Shown here: piece after piece, positions 11,898-21,241 of the stretch
Numbering within the stretch: position 1 is the stretch's first letter
Layout: each line of letters opens with the position of its first letter
DNA from: an uncultured Candidatus Saccharibacteria bacterium
Lineage (GTDB): Bacteria > Patescibacteriota > WWE3 > UBA101185 > UBA10185
DNA: 51,671 nucleotides
Assembly: GCA_964385105.1 (NCBI GenBank)
Contig: CAYLMU010000002.1
Location: 1 to 51,671, forward strand
Direction of reading: 5' to 3'
The notes under the pieces: model-generated
The model's input: the letters and a program-made list of their open reading frames with translations, nothing else
Told to the model about the DNA's origin: nothing
Databases searched by the model: none
Made by a program: the position numbers and the translations under genes

Positions 11898-12533
11898 TTA
11901 TATGCTTTTAACTTGCATAAAATCCAGTTCAACAGGTGTTTCGCGACCAAAAACCGAAACTAATACTCTTAATTTACCCTGGTCTTCGTTAACATCGTCA
12001 ATTTTGCCTAAAAATTCAGCAAATGGTCCGTCGGTAATTTTAACGGCATCGCCAACTGCGAACTTAGTTTCAAATTTAGGTTGTTCAGCTCTCATGTATC
12101 TAACAAGTGCTTGAACTTCTTTTTCAGGAAGTGGAGTTGGACTTGTTCCTGTGCCAACAAAGCCTGTTACGCCTCTGGTTGATCTTACCAAATACCAAGT
12201 GTCATCATTTACTATCATTTGTACAAGTATGTACCCCGGGTATAGTCTTTCGTCAACTTTTCGTTTCTTTCCTTCTGAAACCACAATTTTTTGCTGTTGG
12301 GGAATAAGCACTTTAAAAAATTTGTCTAAAAATCCTCTTGCTTCAACTCTTTGTTTTAAAACTATTGCAACTTTATTTTCATGCCCCGAATATGTATGAA
12401 CAACATACCACTTTGCATCTTTAGGAGCTTCAGCACTATTTATTACAATTACACCCTCATCACCTTTATTCAGGCTCGTATCACCCGTATTTTGTGAAGA
12501 ATCGTTTTGTTTATTATTTTCTATATCTACCAT
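11898..12533 (-). CDS. nusG: Transcription factor NusG
   Basis: KWYVVHTYSGHENKV, LYPGYILV, KOW GDAVKITDGPFAEF, FGRETPVELDF. Confidence 0.98.
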   Translation of the reverse strand: MVDIENNKQNDSSQNTGDTSLNKGDEGVIVINSAEAPKDAKWYVVHTYSGHENKVAIVLKQRVEARGFLDKFFKVLIPQQQKIVVSEGKKRKVDERLYPGYILVQMIVNDDTWYLVRSTRGVTGFVGTGTSPTPLPEKEVQALVRYMRAEQPKFETKFAVGDAVKITDGPFAEFLGKIDDVNEDQGKLRVLVSVFGRETPVELDFMQVKSI

Positions 12534-12549
12534 TTTAATTTTTATAAAT

Positions 12550-12723
12550 CTATCTTAAAAATACATCCAGTAAAAATTGGAAAGTATAGTCTATTCCTGC
12601 AACAAATAAACCGACGAATAAACTAACACCAATTACATAAGTAGTCAAGCGAGTTGCTTCTTTTTTGCTTGGCCATTTAACTCTTTTAAACTCTTCGTAC
12701 GACTTTTTTAAGAATTGTAACAT
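12550..12723 (-). CDS. secE: Preprotein translocase subunit SecE (57 aa, not in ORF track)
   Basis: Manual translation MLQFLKKSYEEFKRVKWPSKKEATRLTTYVIGVSLFVGLFVAGIDYTFQFLLDVFLR; E-x-K-x-V-x-WP motif plus a TM; directly upstream of nusG. Confidence 0.93.
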   Translation of the reverse strand: MLQFLKKSYEEFKRVKWPSKKEATRLTTYVIGVSLFVGLFVAGIDYTFQFLLDVFLR

Positions 12724-13157
12724 TGCTCTGGTATTTTAGCATAGAATAATATACAATACATATATATACAAAGGCACTTGTGCCAGCAAGACGCCTCAAG
12801 GAGGGGGACGCTACATTGGTATGGGTAAGCTTTTATTGGTTTCGTTGGTGGTAGGCTCCTGGTTACGTTGCCTTGCCCATACCTTTGTTTTTTCGGAGAG
12901 AATTTGGACAGAGCGGAAGAGGCGTGGCATGCCGTGTTTATTCAGTGCTCATTGCAACACATCGCAGCTTGCAACGAGTTTCGACGAAAATAAGCACACA
13001 TTCATAATTTTTTTGGCATGCCACAAAAAATTGAGAATGGAAGGAATTTTTTACCTCCTGGCCCTCCATTCTTTGCATGAGCCGGTGACGACATTGCATT
13101 TTGACTAACATCGTCAAGCGCGTCACCGGCTATTTTTTACTTTGTTATAATATTCAC

Positions 13158-13772
13158 ATGAGATTAATAGGATTACTCTTTCAAGAACCTTTAGTTTTTT
13201 TATTTGTAGCGGTGGCTTTAATCCTTTCTCTTTCAATACATGAATTTGCCCATGCATATGTTGCTCAAAAATTAGGGGATGATACCGCATATTATTTAGG
13301 ACGTGTTACATTAAACCCGTTATCACACCTTGACCCCATTGGTACACTACTACTTTTGATTGCAGGATTCGGGTGGGGAAAGCCTGTTCCGTTTAACCCT
13401 TATAATTTAAAAAATCCAAAAAGAGATAGTGCAATAATTTCATTTGCCGGGCCTTTGTCAAATTTTTCTTTGGCACTTATTTTAACTGTTTTATACCATG
13501 TTTTGCCGTCTTCACCGCTACTAAACGGCTTTTTGTATACAACTATTTTATATAACATCGCACTTGGAGTGTTTAACTTAATACCGATTCACCCCTTAGA
13601 TGGATTTAAGGTTTTTAATGGCATATTACCCGATGAATTGTCTGAGCAGTGGATTCAAACTGCGCCTTATGGAATGTTTATTTTATTATTTTTGGTTTTT
13701 ACCGGTTTTGTGGGAAATATAATAGGTCCAGTAATTTACTTTGTATTAACTTTACTTGGCTTGCGAGTTTAA
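13158..13772 (+). CDS. Site-2 protease family (M50) membrane metalloprotease
   Basis: [44 protein letters not shown]; ATG at 13158 is 6 nt after TATAAT. Confidence 0.93.
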   Translation: MRLIGLLFQEPLVFLFVAVALILSLSIHEFAHAYVAQKLGDDTAYYLGRVTLNPLSHLDPIGTLLLLIAGFGWGKPVPFNPYNLKNPKRDSAIISFAGPLSNFSLALILTVLYHVLPSSPLLNGFLYTTILYNIALGVFNLIPIHPLDGFKVFNGILPDELSEQWIQTAPYGMFILLFLVFTGFVGNIIGPVIYFVLTLLGLRV

Positions 13773-13880
13773 TTTTTAGCGTCATTAATACTTTAAATTT
13801 GATAATCGATTTATTACTTTAACTACAGCATAAAATGTGCCTATGAAATAATTATTGATTATATCGCACCATTTATTGTA

Positions 13881-13908
13881 TTGACAGCAAAAGATAGTAG
13901 TGTAATAT
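13881..13908 (+). promoter_or_regulatory. Promoter for the 6S RNA locus
   Basis: TTGACA-16 nt-TAATAT. Confidence 0.55.
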
Positions 13909-13946
13909 TAAAGCATAGAGAGTAATCTCTGAGACGCAAGTCTCCT

Positions 13947-14098
13947 GTCCTGATGTAGACGCTTCGGCTAGAGTTAATTGCTTTTCTCTACAAGATATCT
14001 CGAGGAGCCAGTAGTTTCATACCCCAGGGTATGGAAATAATGGAACCACTTTAACAACCGAGATGCAATCTAGCTCACATGCTACGTCGGGTCTGGAC
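13947..14098 (+). ncRNA. ssrS: 6S RNA
   Basis: Starts GTCCTGATGT and has internal GGAGCC, as in Firmicutes-type 6S RNAs. CCTGATGTAG pairs with CTACGTCGGG (10 bp, 2 GU). Inner CTAG/CTAG and ATTGC..TCTC/GAGA.GCAAT give a rod-like fold. Non-coding, between a promoter and a terminator. Confidence 0.75.
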
Positions 14099-14132
14099 TT
14101 ATTTACTAGTTACAAAGCGAAATGCTTATAAG

Positions 14133-14163
14133 GCCGCACTATTTAGTTTAGTGCGGTTTTTTT
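14133..14163 (+). terminator. Intrinsic terminator after 6S RNA
   Basis: GCCGCACTA-loop-TAGTGCGGT followed by a T run. Confidence 0.8.
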
Positions 14164-14189
14164 GTTTGATGTAAGTTATAATCACTTCT

Positions 14190-14999
14190 ATGCAATTATT
14201 TGACGGAAAGTACCACGCTTCGCTATTAGATCAAAAAATATCGCGTCATATACAATCCAGCCAACAGCCAATAAAAGAATTAGCAATCATCCAAATAGGG
14301 GAGGATGCGTCATCGAAAAAGTATGTGAATTTGAAAAAAGCCTTTTGTGACAAAATAGGAGTGCCATGTGAAGTGTATGATTTTGCACATGCACTTACGG
14401 ATGCGGAAATAAGTGAGCAGGTAAAAAAAATATGTGATTCCGAAGGTGTTGGCGGCGTGATAATTCAAATACCATTGCCACGGTCAAGTTTATTTGATGT
14501 TTTAGATGACATACCGGTAGAAAAAGATTTGGATGTATTGTCTTCAAAGTCAAAGTTGTTGTTTGCAAATAATAGAAGTCAACATTTACCACCAGTAGTT
14601 CGTGCGGTAAAGTATTTTATAAAAGCAGTTAAGATTAACGACATTTCTGAAATAATAATTGTTGGTAACGGATTTTTAGTTGGAAAACCTTTATATACTT
14701 ATTTCACAAATTTGCACTTGAATGCAAAAGTAATTGATGAGGGTGAATTACAACAATTACTGCCTCTTAAGTCAGAACTAGCAATATTAGCAACTGGAAC
14801 GCCTAATCTGATTAATGGCGAAAATATAGACTCCGGTACAAATGTCATAGATTTTGGCTCATCTGTTGTAAACGGTAAAATAGTTGGCGATTTAAACATG
14901 ACATCTAAATTAGAGCATTTAGCAACTATATCAACATCACCGAGGGGAATGGGACCTCTTGTTGTGAGATTTTTAATAATGAATCATTTGAAGATATAG
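14190..14999 (+). CDS. folD: Methylenetetrahydrofolate dehydrogenase/cyclohydrolase FolD (divergent)
   Basis: YVNLKKAFCDKIG, GGVIIQIPLP, IPVEKDLD, VGNGFLVGKPL, GMGPLVV. Confidence 0.9.
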   Translation: MQLFDGKYHASLLDQKISRHIQSSQQPIKELAIIQIGEDASSKKYVNLKKAFCDKIGVPCEVYDFAHALTDAEISEQVKKICDSEGVGGVIIQIPLPRSSLFDVLDDIPVEKDLDVLSSKSKLLFANNRSQHLPPVVRAVKYFIKAVKINDISEIIIVGNGFLVGKPLYTYFTNLHLNAKVIDEGELQQLLPLKSELAILATGTPNLINGENIDSGTNVIDFGSSVVNGKIVGDLNMTSKLEHLATISTSPRGMGPLVVRFLIMNHLKI

Positions 15000-15013
15000 C
15001 TTATACTATTTAT

Positions 15014-16273
15014 ATGCCTGCAGCTCACAATTCAAAAGAGCATATTGCTGTACAAGTACACCATGCTTTTATAAGTGAAAAAAATGCTCTTTATTTAACT
15101 CATACTCTTAGATTTTTTGCAGTATCTTTAATAGGAATATTTTTGCCCATGTATATTTTTGGTTTATCCGGAAATTTGCAAATCTTTAGCACAAATGCTG
15201 TAAGAAACGGCTTAATTTGGGTGTTAGTTTATAATTTATTTCAAGCTGTTACAGTTTTATATTCACTTTTATTTTTAACTGATTTTATATTTAAAAAAGA
15301 ACACTTTAGACATTCTATTGTACTTAGTTTTTTTATTCTTGCAGTTGAGATAGTGCTTTGGATACTTTCGGCCGACAATTTATATTTAATTATACCTGCG
15401 GGTATATTAAATGGGTTAAATATATTTTTTTATTGGGTTCCATATCACATATTTTTTATTAGAAAGGCTGGCAAGTCAGGTCATTACAGCAAAGAAATAG
15501 GGTTTAGGCACTTTCTATCAACAATTGCCAGTAGTGCAGGCCCATTAATTGGAGGTTTAACAATTACCACTTTTGGGTTTAACGCGCTATTTGCATTTTG
15601 CTTCATTATTATATTATTAGCCGGTTTACCGGTATTCTTCTACGTAGCAGAAACCCCACATGTTAAGCACAATGTGTTTGAAATTGTAAAATCGTTTAGA
15701 AATAAGTATAAAACCAAGTATTTGAATCTGGCGTATTTTGGCATGATGTTAGAAACACTCATTTACACCACTTTTTGGCCGGTATTAATTTTTATAATTT
15801 TAAAAGACTTTGCAGAAATAGGTTCACTTAACTCAGCAGCAAAGCTTTTAGCAGCAATAACAACTTTATGGGTGGGAATTAAATTCAGCAAAAAAGGGTT
15901 AAGAAATGTACAAAAGTTCGGAAGCACTGTAAACGCATTGCTTTATATTCCACGTATGTTATTTAATATACCAGTAATATTTTATTCAATTGAACTAATT
16001 GACCATTTTAACTCCAGTTTTTATGCACTACCCATAGAAACTGCCACATACGAAAAAGCTCATTCATACGGAGAATCAGATTTTATGCTATATCGTGAGT
16101 TTTTTCTTTATTTATCTAAGTTTTTGTTGTGTCTGGTATTAATTGGGTTGTTATTATTTATAGATTCATGGAGATGGATTTTATTGTTAGGTTCGGTTGG
16201 AGCTTTATTGTCTTACTTTATTCAATATGAACTTAAAGCAAACAGTTTGATTGACAGGGTTCTAAATAGATAA
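15014..16273 (+). CDS. MFS-like multi-pass membrane transporter
   Basis: About 12 hydrophobic segments; AGPLIGGLTITTFGFNALF is an MFS TM6-type motif. Confidence 0.75.
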   Translation: MPAAHNSKEHIAVQVHHAFISEKNALYLTHTLRFFAVSLIGIFLPMYIFGLSGNLQIFSTNAVRNGLIWVLVYNLFQAVTVLYSLLFLTDFIFKKEHFRHSIVLSFFILAVEIVLWILSADNLYLIIPAGILNGLNIFFYWVPYHIFFIRKAGKSGHYSKEIGFRHFLSTIASSAGPLIGGLTITTFGFNALFAFCFIIILLAGLPVFFYVAETPHVKHNVFEIVKSFRNKYKTKYLNLAYFGMMLETLIYTTFWPVLIFIILKDFAEIGSLNSAAKLLAAITTLWVGIKFSKKGLRNVQKFGSTVNALLYIPRMLFNIPVIFYSIELIDHFNSSFYALPIETATYEKAHSYGESDFMLYREFFLYLSKFLLCLVLIGLLLFIDSWRWILLLGSVGALLSYFIQYELKANSLIDRVLNR

Positions 16274-16367
16274 ATTTAAAACTATTATTAAAGCATCAGT
16301 TCACCATGTACCTTTTGGTTTTTTCAAGCTTTTTTGCTTTATGTTTGGTTTGAAGTAAAATTTAAGT

Positions 16368-18995
16368 ATGTCTGCTATTGTTATTTCCACACCACCTTTA
16401 TCAGGAGGACAACTAGCCGAGCAACTTTGGCCGACCGATGAAGACGCTAAGCAAGAAACAGCTGTTTATAATGAGCTCCCCCAAAATCGTCAAGAAAGAA
16501 ATAGAATATTGGATGATCTTTCTGAGAGAGCATTTTCAGATGATGAAAAGCAGAAGTGGGATAGCGAAACAAGACGTGCCATTGTTGCATTTGGATTTGC
16601 CGGATATTTAGAGCTTCATGAAACTGGTACAGATGGAGTAAGACAGGTACATTGTAATCTGGAAAAGTTCAAATCGCCTGATGTTACGTGGACACAATTA
16701 AGTCAAGACTTAGGTTCTATTGTATATGAAAATACATCAAGAGGAACCAGAAGAAAAACTATAGCACAAACACTTGCTGATTTTTCAGAAAATCTTGGAA
16801 AAATAAGAGCCTTAAACGATGATAGTAATACTGATGAAAAAGAGCTCTTTTATGTTCCGGGAAGTGGTGCACTTAATCCTAAAATAATAAAGGAGACAGC
16901 AGCTCATTTGGGTTTGTGGGAAACATACCCGGTAAAAACTTTTTCTGAAAAATATCCAACAAAAGAAAGTGGATTTGAAGAGAATGTAACTGATGTTGTT
17001 GTTTCAGCACTTGTTTTTGGACAAAATTGGGGTAACGGTTTTCGTGATGAAGAAGGAATTTTGCAGGTTCGCTACCCGGATGGCACAACAGGAAGACTTA
17101 CAGGTGATTTCTTTAAAAAGTGGGGATTTTCAGGAAGGGTCGCAGGTATTAATGAGTGTATCTATAATAAGCCTCAATCGTATTTGGATTCCCATTGTGC
17201 TCAATTATTAGAGCAAGATGTGATATCACTGGATGATTTTAGAGGTCATTCAGGTGAAGGTGGGATTTATGAAGAAAAAAGATTGACGGGCCGCAATTTT
17301 AAGCACAAAGGTAGTGTTACTGTTGACGGTGTTATTTACTATCTGGGTACAAAGTATGAGAATGATAGGTATTCTGTAACCAAACTTTCATCGGAGTATG
17401 CAGTAGTAATAAGAAAAACACGACGAGGTTCTGGCGAACAGCAAGAAATAGATAGTATCTTTAGATTGTTAAGTGCAGATGAAAAGAAAAGCCTTAAACA
17501 AGAGAAATCATTTCCATTCCTAACCAGAACTGAGCTAGAAGAAATTGGTATTTTTTCACCTGAGCAATTCGTGCAGAAAGTTCCTGAAGCTGAACAAGTT
17601 TTTGAAGAGTGGAAGAATTTTCTAAAATTTTCTAATAGCTTGGAAGCTGCCGGTGTTAAAATCATGGACTATACTTTGAGACAGCAAACACAGTTGTGGG
17701 AAGTTTTTTCCAGAGACCCCAATTTAAAAGTCGAGAGTTTTATAGGAGGTCAACAGTTGTCAGATTCCGAAATTGATAATCGTGTAAAAACATTACTTGT
17801 GCTTGCAGGTAATGTAAAAAACCTAAGTAAAATGGTTGAAATAGCAAAAAATGGTAATGTAGAATTTTTATTTGAAAATATTGCAGCAATTTCTGACATT
17901 GTAAGTAATTTCGAAGAATATCAAAGACAGTCTGATATATACTCTGACGTTGAACTGGATCGAATGAGACAGATAAGTGACATGATTTTAAGGCATTCAT
18001 CAAGGTTGTTTTTGTCTGCACACGAAGTACTTAATAAGGATAAGAGTGTAAGCATCCAGGATGTTACATTTGTTTTGTACCGGTATCGTAAAAGCGTAGA
18101 AAAATGGCATTATGAACAATTTTTACGTTCAGGGAGTTCGAGTGATAATCCATATTTAAGACTTCTAGGTCTTTTTGATGAGTCAGATGAGGGGTCAAAT
18201 ATGCAAACACTGCTATTAAGTATGATCGAGCAATACTGGAGGGATGATGTCGTACGCGAATCAACTGGTATGAAGAAGTCAAGCGTATCTGTTTTAGATA
18301 GAATTAAAGGATTTTATGACGGCAATAAAGAATTATTTGAAACCGCGGCTGAAACAACAGGTGACACACAAACGGAATTACAAGCGTTAGAGAAGTTCTT
18401 TAACACATTTGAAAAAATAGATGGATATGTGCTTGATTTGGCATGTGGGGATAGAAAGCGAATTACTGAACCTATGGCAGAAATGTTACGCGGAAAGGCA
18501 AAAGGAGTAATAGGCATGGATATTTGGTCACCCGGTGAAAATACCGTAGATGGACTTCATGTTGTTCAAGGTGATATTGGTTCGATACCTCTGGCTTCAG
18601 ATTCTGTAGATGTAGCAACTTTAAACTGGTCACCGCCCAATGACTGGGTAAGTAGAACTGAACAACTGGTGAATTTTGATGAGATTGGTCGTGTTATGAA
18701 AGCAAATGGCGTGATCAGGTTGGATGTTGCGCATCTGGAAGGCGGAGAAGGGAGCTGGATGAAAACAGTTACGGAACAACACTCTGATGGCGCGGAAAAA
18801 TTTGGAGATATGAAAGTAATGTTTCCTGGGGGCAGGGAAGGAGAGTTTCATATATATCCAGCCTCGGAATTAAGAGCAATGCTAACAAATGCCGGTTTTG
18901 GAAATATAGCTTTAACCAGGTGGACTACCAAAAGTGGTAAACCAAGAGTCGTTATTACCGCTGATTTTAAAGGCCACCAAAATCCTATTCGCTAG
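16368..18995 (+). CDS. 875-aa protein with unknown N-terminal region and C-terminal class I SAM-dependent methyltransferase domain
   Basis: Motif I YVLDLACGD, VIGMDIW, VVQGDIGSIPLASDSVDVAT. Confidence 0.8.
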   Translation: MSAIVISTPPLSGGQLAEQLWPTDEDAKQETAVYNELPQNRQERNRILDDLSERAFSDDEKQKWDSETRRAIVAFGFAGYLELHETGTDGVRQVHCNLEKFKSPDVTWTQLSQDLGSIVYENTSRGTRRKTIAQTLADFSENLGKIRALNDDSNTDEKELFYVPGSGALNPKIIKETAAHLGLWETYPVKTFSEKYPTKESGFEENVTDVVVSALVFGQNWGNGFRDEEGILQVRYPDGTTGRLTGDFFKKWGFSGRVAGINECIYNKPQSYLDSHCAQLLEQDVISLDDFRGHSGEGGIYEEKRLTGRNFKHKGSVTVDGVIYYLGTKYENDRYSVTKLSSEYAVVIRKTRRGSGEQQEIDSIFRLLSADEKKSLKQEKSFPFLTRTELEEIGIFSPEQFVQKVPEAEQVFEEWKNFLKFSNSLEAAGVKIMDYTLRQQTQLWEVFSRDPNLKVESFIGGQQLSDSEIDNRVKTLLVLAGNVKNLSKMVEIAKNGNVEFLFENIAAISDIVSNFEEYQRQSDIYSDVELDRMRQISDMILRHSSRLFLSAHEVLNKDKSVSIQDVTFVLYRYRKSVEKWHYEQFLRSGSSSDNPYLRLLGLFDESDEGSNMQTLLLSMIEQYWRDDVVRESTGMKKSSVSVLDRIKGFYDGNKELFETAAETTGDTQTELQALEKFFNTFEKIDGYVLDLACGDRKRITEPMAEMLRGKAKGVIGMDIWSPGENTVDGLHVVQGDIGSIPLASDSVDVATLNWSPPNDWVSRTEQLVNFDEIGRVMKANGVIRLDVAHLEGGEGSWMKTVTEQHSDGAEKFGDMKVMFPGGREGEFHIYPASELRAMLTNAGFGNIALTRWTTKSGKPRVVITADFKGHQNPIR

Positions 18996-19755
18996 ATTCT
19001 TCGTAAGACTTTTCAAAAGCAAGCTTAAATATAGATTTTAGTGTAGTAGCTAAGTCTTTGTTTTCTATAAGTACGCCTACAAATTTACCTTTCTCAAAGC
19101 TCAACATAGCTATTTTATTATCATACACATCAATTTCCGCCGGCAGAGGATATTTCTCTTTGTTAAGCAGAACACTCTTTCGTAATGAGATTTCATCTTT
19201 CTTACTAACTTCACGTGCAGTAGGCGAGTCAGCAATGAAAGAATTTGCAAAAACTTTATTATTGATACGTAACGGAATAAGTTTCTTTTGTATATAGTCC
19301 GGAATGGCTTGATTGGCTTTCTCAAAGTCTACTGCACCATATACCACTTCATCTTTTGGGCTGTATATATCATCGAAAATTTTTTTTATACCTGTTAAAT
19401 CTTCAAAATACGTAATGCCGGGCTTTGTAGTTTGCAATAGATAGCTTGATTCAAGTTGAGGCATAATAGCTTCAAGTGATCGTTGTTGAGCAATAGTTTG
19501 ATTTAAGTCAGATTCAATTTGCTGTAAAAGTTTATTTGGATGTTCAGGTCTGAAGTGGGTCTTTTTATTTCTTTGAAACGTAGAAACTAGCCCTCTCTTT
19601 TTTAGATCATCAAGATATTTATAAATCATCCCTCTTTTATATGGAGCTTGTTTTGTAAGTGTGGCGGCAGAAATTTCACCATTTTGTAGCAAAATATCAT
19701 AAATTGTTGCTTCCCCCTCGCTTAAACCAGAATCAACTAAAAACTTTTTGTACAT
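18985..19755 (-). CDS. TrmB-family wHTH transcriptional regulator
   Basis: GLSEGEATIYDILLQNGEISAATLT..KRGMIYKYLDDLKKRGLV; C-terminal EIDVYDNKIAMLSF and LKSIFKLAFE. Confidence 0.88.
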   Translation of the reverse strand: MYKKFLVDSGLSEGEATIYDILLQNGEISAATLTKQAPYKRGMIYKYLDDLKKRGLVSTFQRNKKTHFRPEHPNKLLQQIESDLNQTIAQQRSLEAIMPQLESSYLLQTTKPGITYFEDLTGIKKIFDDIYSPKDEVVYGAVDFEKANQAIPDYIQKKLIPLRINNKVFANSFIADSPTAREVSKKDEISLRKSVLLNKEKYPLPAEIDVYDNKIAMLSFEKGKFVGVLIENKDLATTLKSIFKLAFEKSYEESSE

Positions 19756-19784
19756 GTAATTAGAGTATATAAGTTAGTGTCATG

Positions 19785-19913
19785 TGTCAATAAGATGTTG
19801 ACAAGTACTAGAACCCATAGTATAGTATATAACACTGATGTCACAGGAAGAATGTATATTACTCTGATGTTTGTCAACACATACTTGACAAGTATAAAAC
19901 TATAGGGTAAGAT
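19785..19913. promoter_or_regulatory. Twin TGTCAA-N7-TTGACA palindromes forming overlapping divergent sigma70 promoters
   Basis: Palindromes at 19785-19803 and 19872-19890, both followed by AGTA. + strand: TTGACA-17-TATAGT and TTGACA-17-TAAGAT. - strand: TTGACA-17-TACTCT, 6 nt before the TrmB ATG. Confidence 0.7.
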
Positions 19914-19919
19914 ATAAAC

Positions 19920-20900
19920 ACTTGAAAAATAAATAGCTAACAAAAAGCAGATCCTACCAGATCTTGATTCTACCTAAAAAGATTGCTGCTAAGCCAAAAA
20001 GGCCCTGTAAAGGCTTTACGGCGACACATTTAGAAAGCCAAGATTTGGTAAAGAAGTCTAAAAACCTTGATATAGCAACCTATACAAGGAATTGCATTTC
20101 TTTTCAGATCTTGGCTTTTTTCGTTTTTGCCTTAAATGTGCAATAAACATTGATATATTGCAAGCAAAAGCTTGTCTAGGAAACACGGGACACCTTTAAG
20201 AACCCAATTTGGAAGTTATCTAGAAACAAACTGTCCATAACCGGGAGAGAGACTTAAACGGACCTACCGACTTCTCGGACAAGCTTTTGCTTGAAATTCA
20301 AATACGAATTCAGGCAGCATTTGGCTTAAATACAAGCCAAACATTGAAATTAAAATAAAGCTGCTGTTTATACATTTGCCCCTACCGGCCAAACTTGGGT
20401 ATATCCCATGGTTTGATGTGTAGCAGAATAAAGCTTAAAACTTGCCAAATGCTTTAACAAAAGTAAGTGGCAACCGAGAATCTGTTCCATTGGCCGGCAA
20501 ATTTGCCTGCCTGAAAGGAAAGAGTGGCTCAAAACTGACAAAAGAGACAAACGATTGCTTAAAAACGTAATGAACATCAATTTGTTCTTACGAAAAGTAA
20601 AGTAGGTAATTGGCTAAATGGTCATTAGAAACACTTTAGCTATAGCCAAAAAAGCTTTACTTCCTACCTTTCGTGAATCCTGCCAAATAAATTCATGGAT
20701 ATTACGAAAAGGAGAGGATCAAAGTTATTGTTACTTAAGCAAATAGGCTTAGGTGCAGGCTTTGGTTTCCTGACTGCGCTTTTAGCGGTGGCGAAAATGT
20801 TGCCGGTGAAGGTGCAGATTAGGAAGGACTTCTTCCTAAACAGAAATCTCTCCGTAGGTATTAGCTTACGGATACAAATGCCGGCGCCTGAAACGCTGGA
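19920..20900 (+). ncRNA. Candidate large structured non-coding RNA or leader (about 1 kb)
   Basis: No credible ORF; nested inverted repeats, e.g. perfect 16 bp 20161-20176/20278-20293, TTCAGGCAG/CTGCCTGAA, CCGGCCAA/TTGGCCGG, AAAGCCAAGATTTG/CAGATCTTGGCTTT. Confidence 0.45.
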
Positions 20901-20911
20901 AGGAGATTAAA

Positions 20912-21241
20912 GTGAAGATTTATGAATTCACAACCAACTGGAATCAAACAGTTGGCGTCGACGGGGACTATCGGCATGTGATGCCGTTGGGCGACCTCCC
21001 CCATGTCTCAACGTACGAGGATGCATATGCATTCCTCGTTTACGACGGGGCGATAAAATGGGGAGAGGAAATTGTGGTGGTGTTTTCCCCAGGGGGGGAC
21101 ACCATGTCAATCTTTAACGAGGTCGAAATCGGCCTTGTTAAGCAGGTTGGGCCGTCAGAGCTGTCTTTTTTGGCTCTGAGCTGGTGGCTTGAAAATCAAG
21201 GGATGACCCCTGAGGACATGGAGGAATTTCTCAGAGGATAA
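20912..21241 (+). CDS. Hypothetical protein (109 aa)
   Basis: GGAG SD plus GTG start; protein-like composition. Confidence 0.7.
   Translation: MKIYEFTTNWNQTVGVDGDYRHVMPLGDLPHVSTYEDAYAFLVYDGAIKWGEEIVVVFSPGGDTMSIFNEVEIGLVKQVGPSELSFLALSWWLENQGMTPEDMEEFLRG

Noticed and set aside
12724-12800. Duplicated tRNA-Trp 3' end (att site) near secE, or tRNA-Thr 3' end near 35900-36100
   Set aside because: No matching direct repeat found by eye
12780-13126. GC-richer patch with small ORFs (12821 +, 12938 -) between secE and the M50 protease
   Set aside because: Overlapping opposite-strand ORFs with no recognisable motif or clear SD; I cannot choose between them
13910-14130. RNase P RNA, SRP RNA or riboswitch interpretation
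   Set aside because: No GAGGAAAGUCC, SRP or riboswitch core; the rod-like pairing fits 6S
19964-20910. Short ORFs 19964, 20368 and 20695 in the structured region
   Set aside because: Alternative starts, no SD, low-information sequence; better explained by RNA structure
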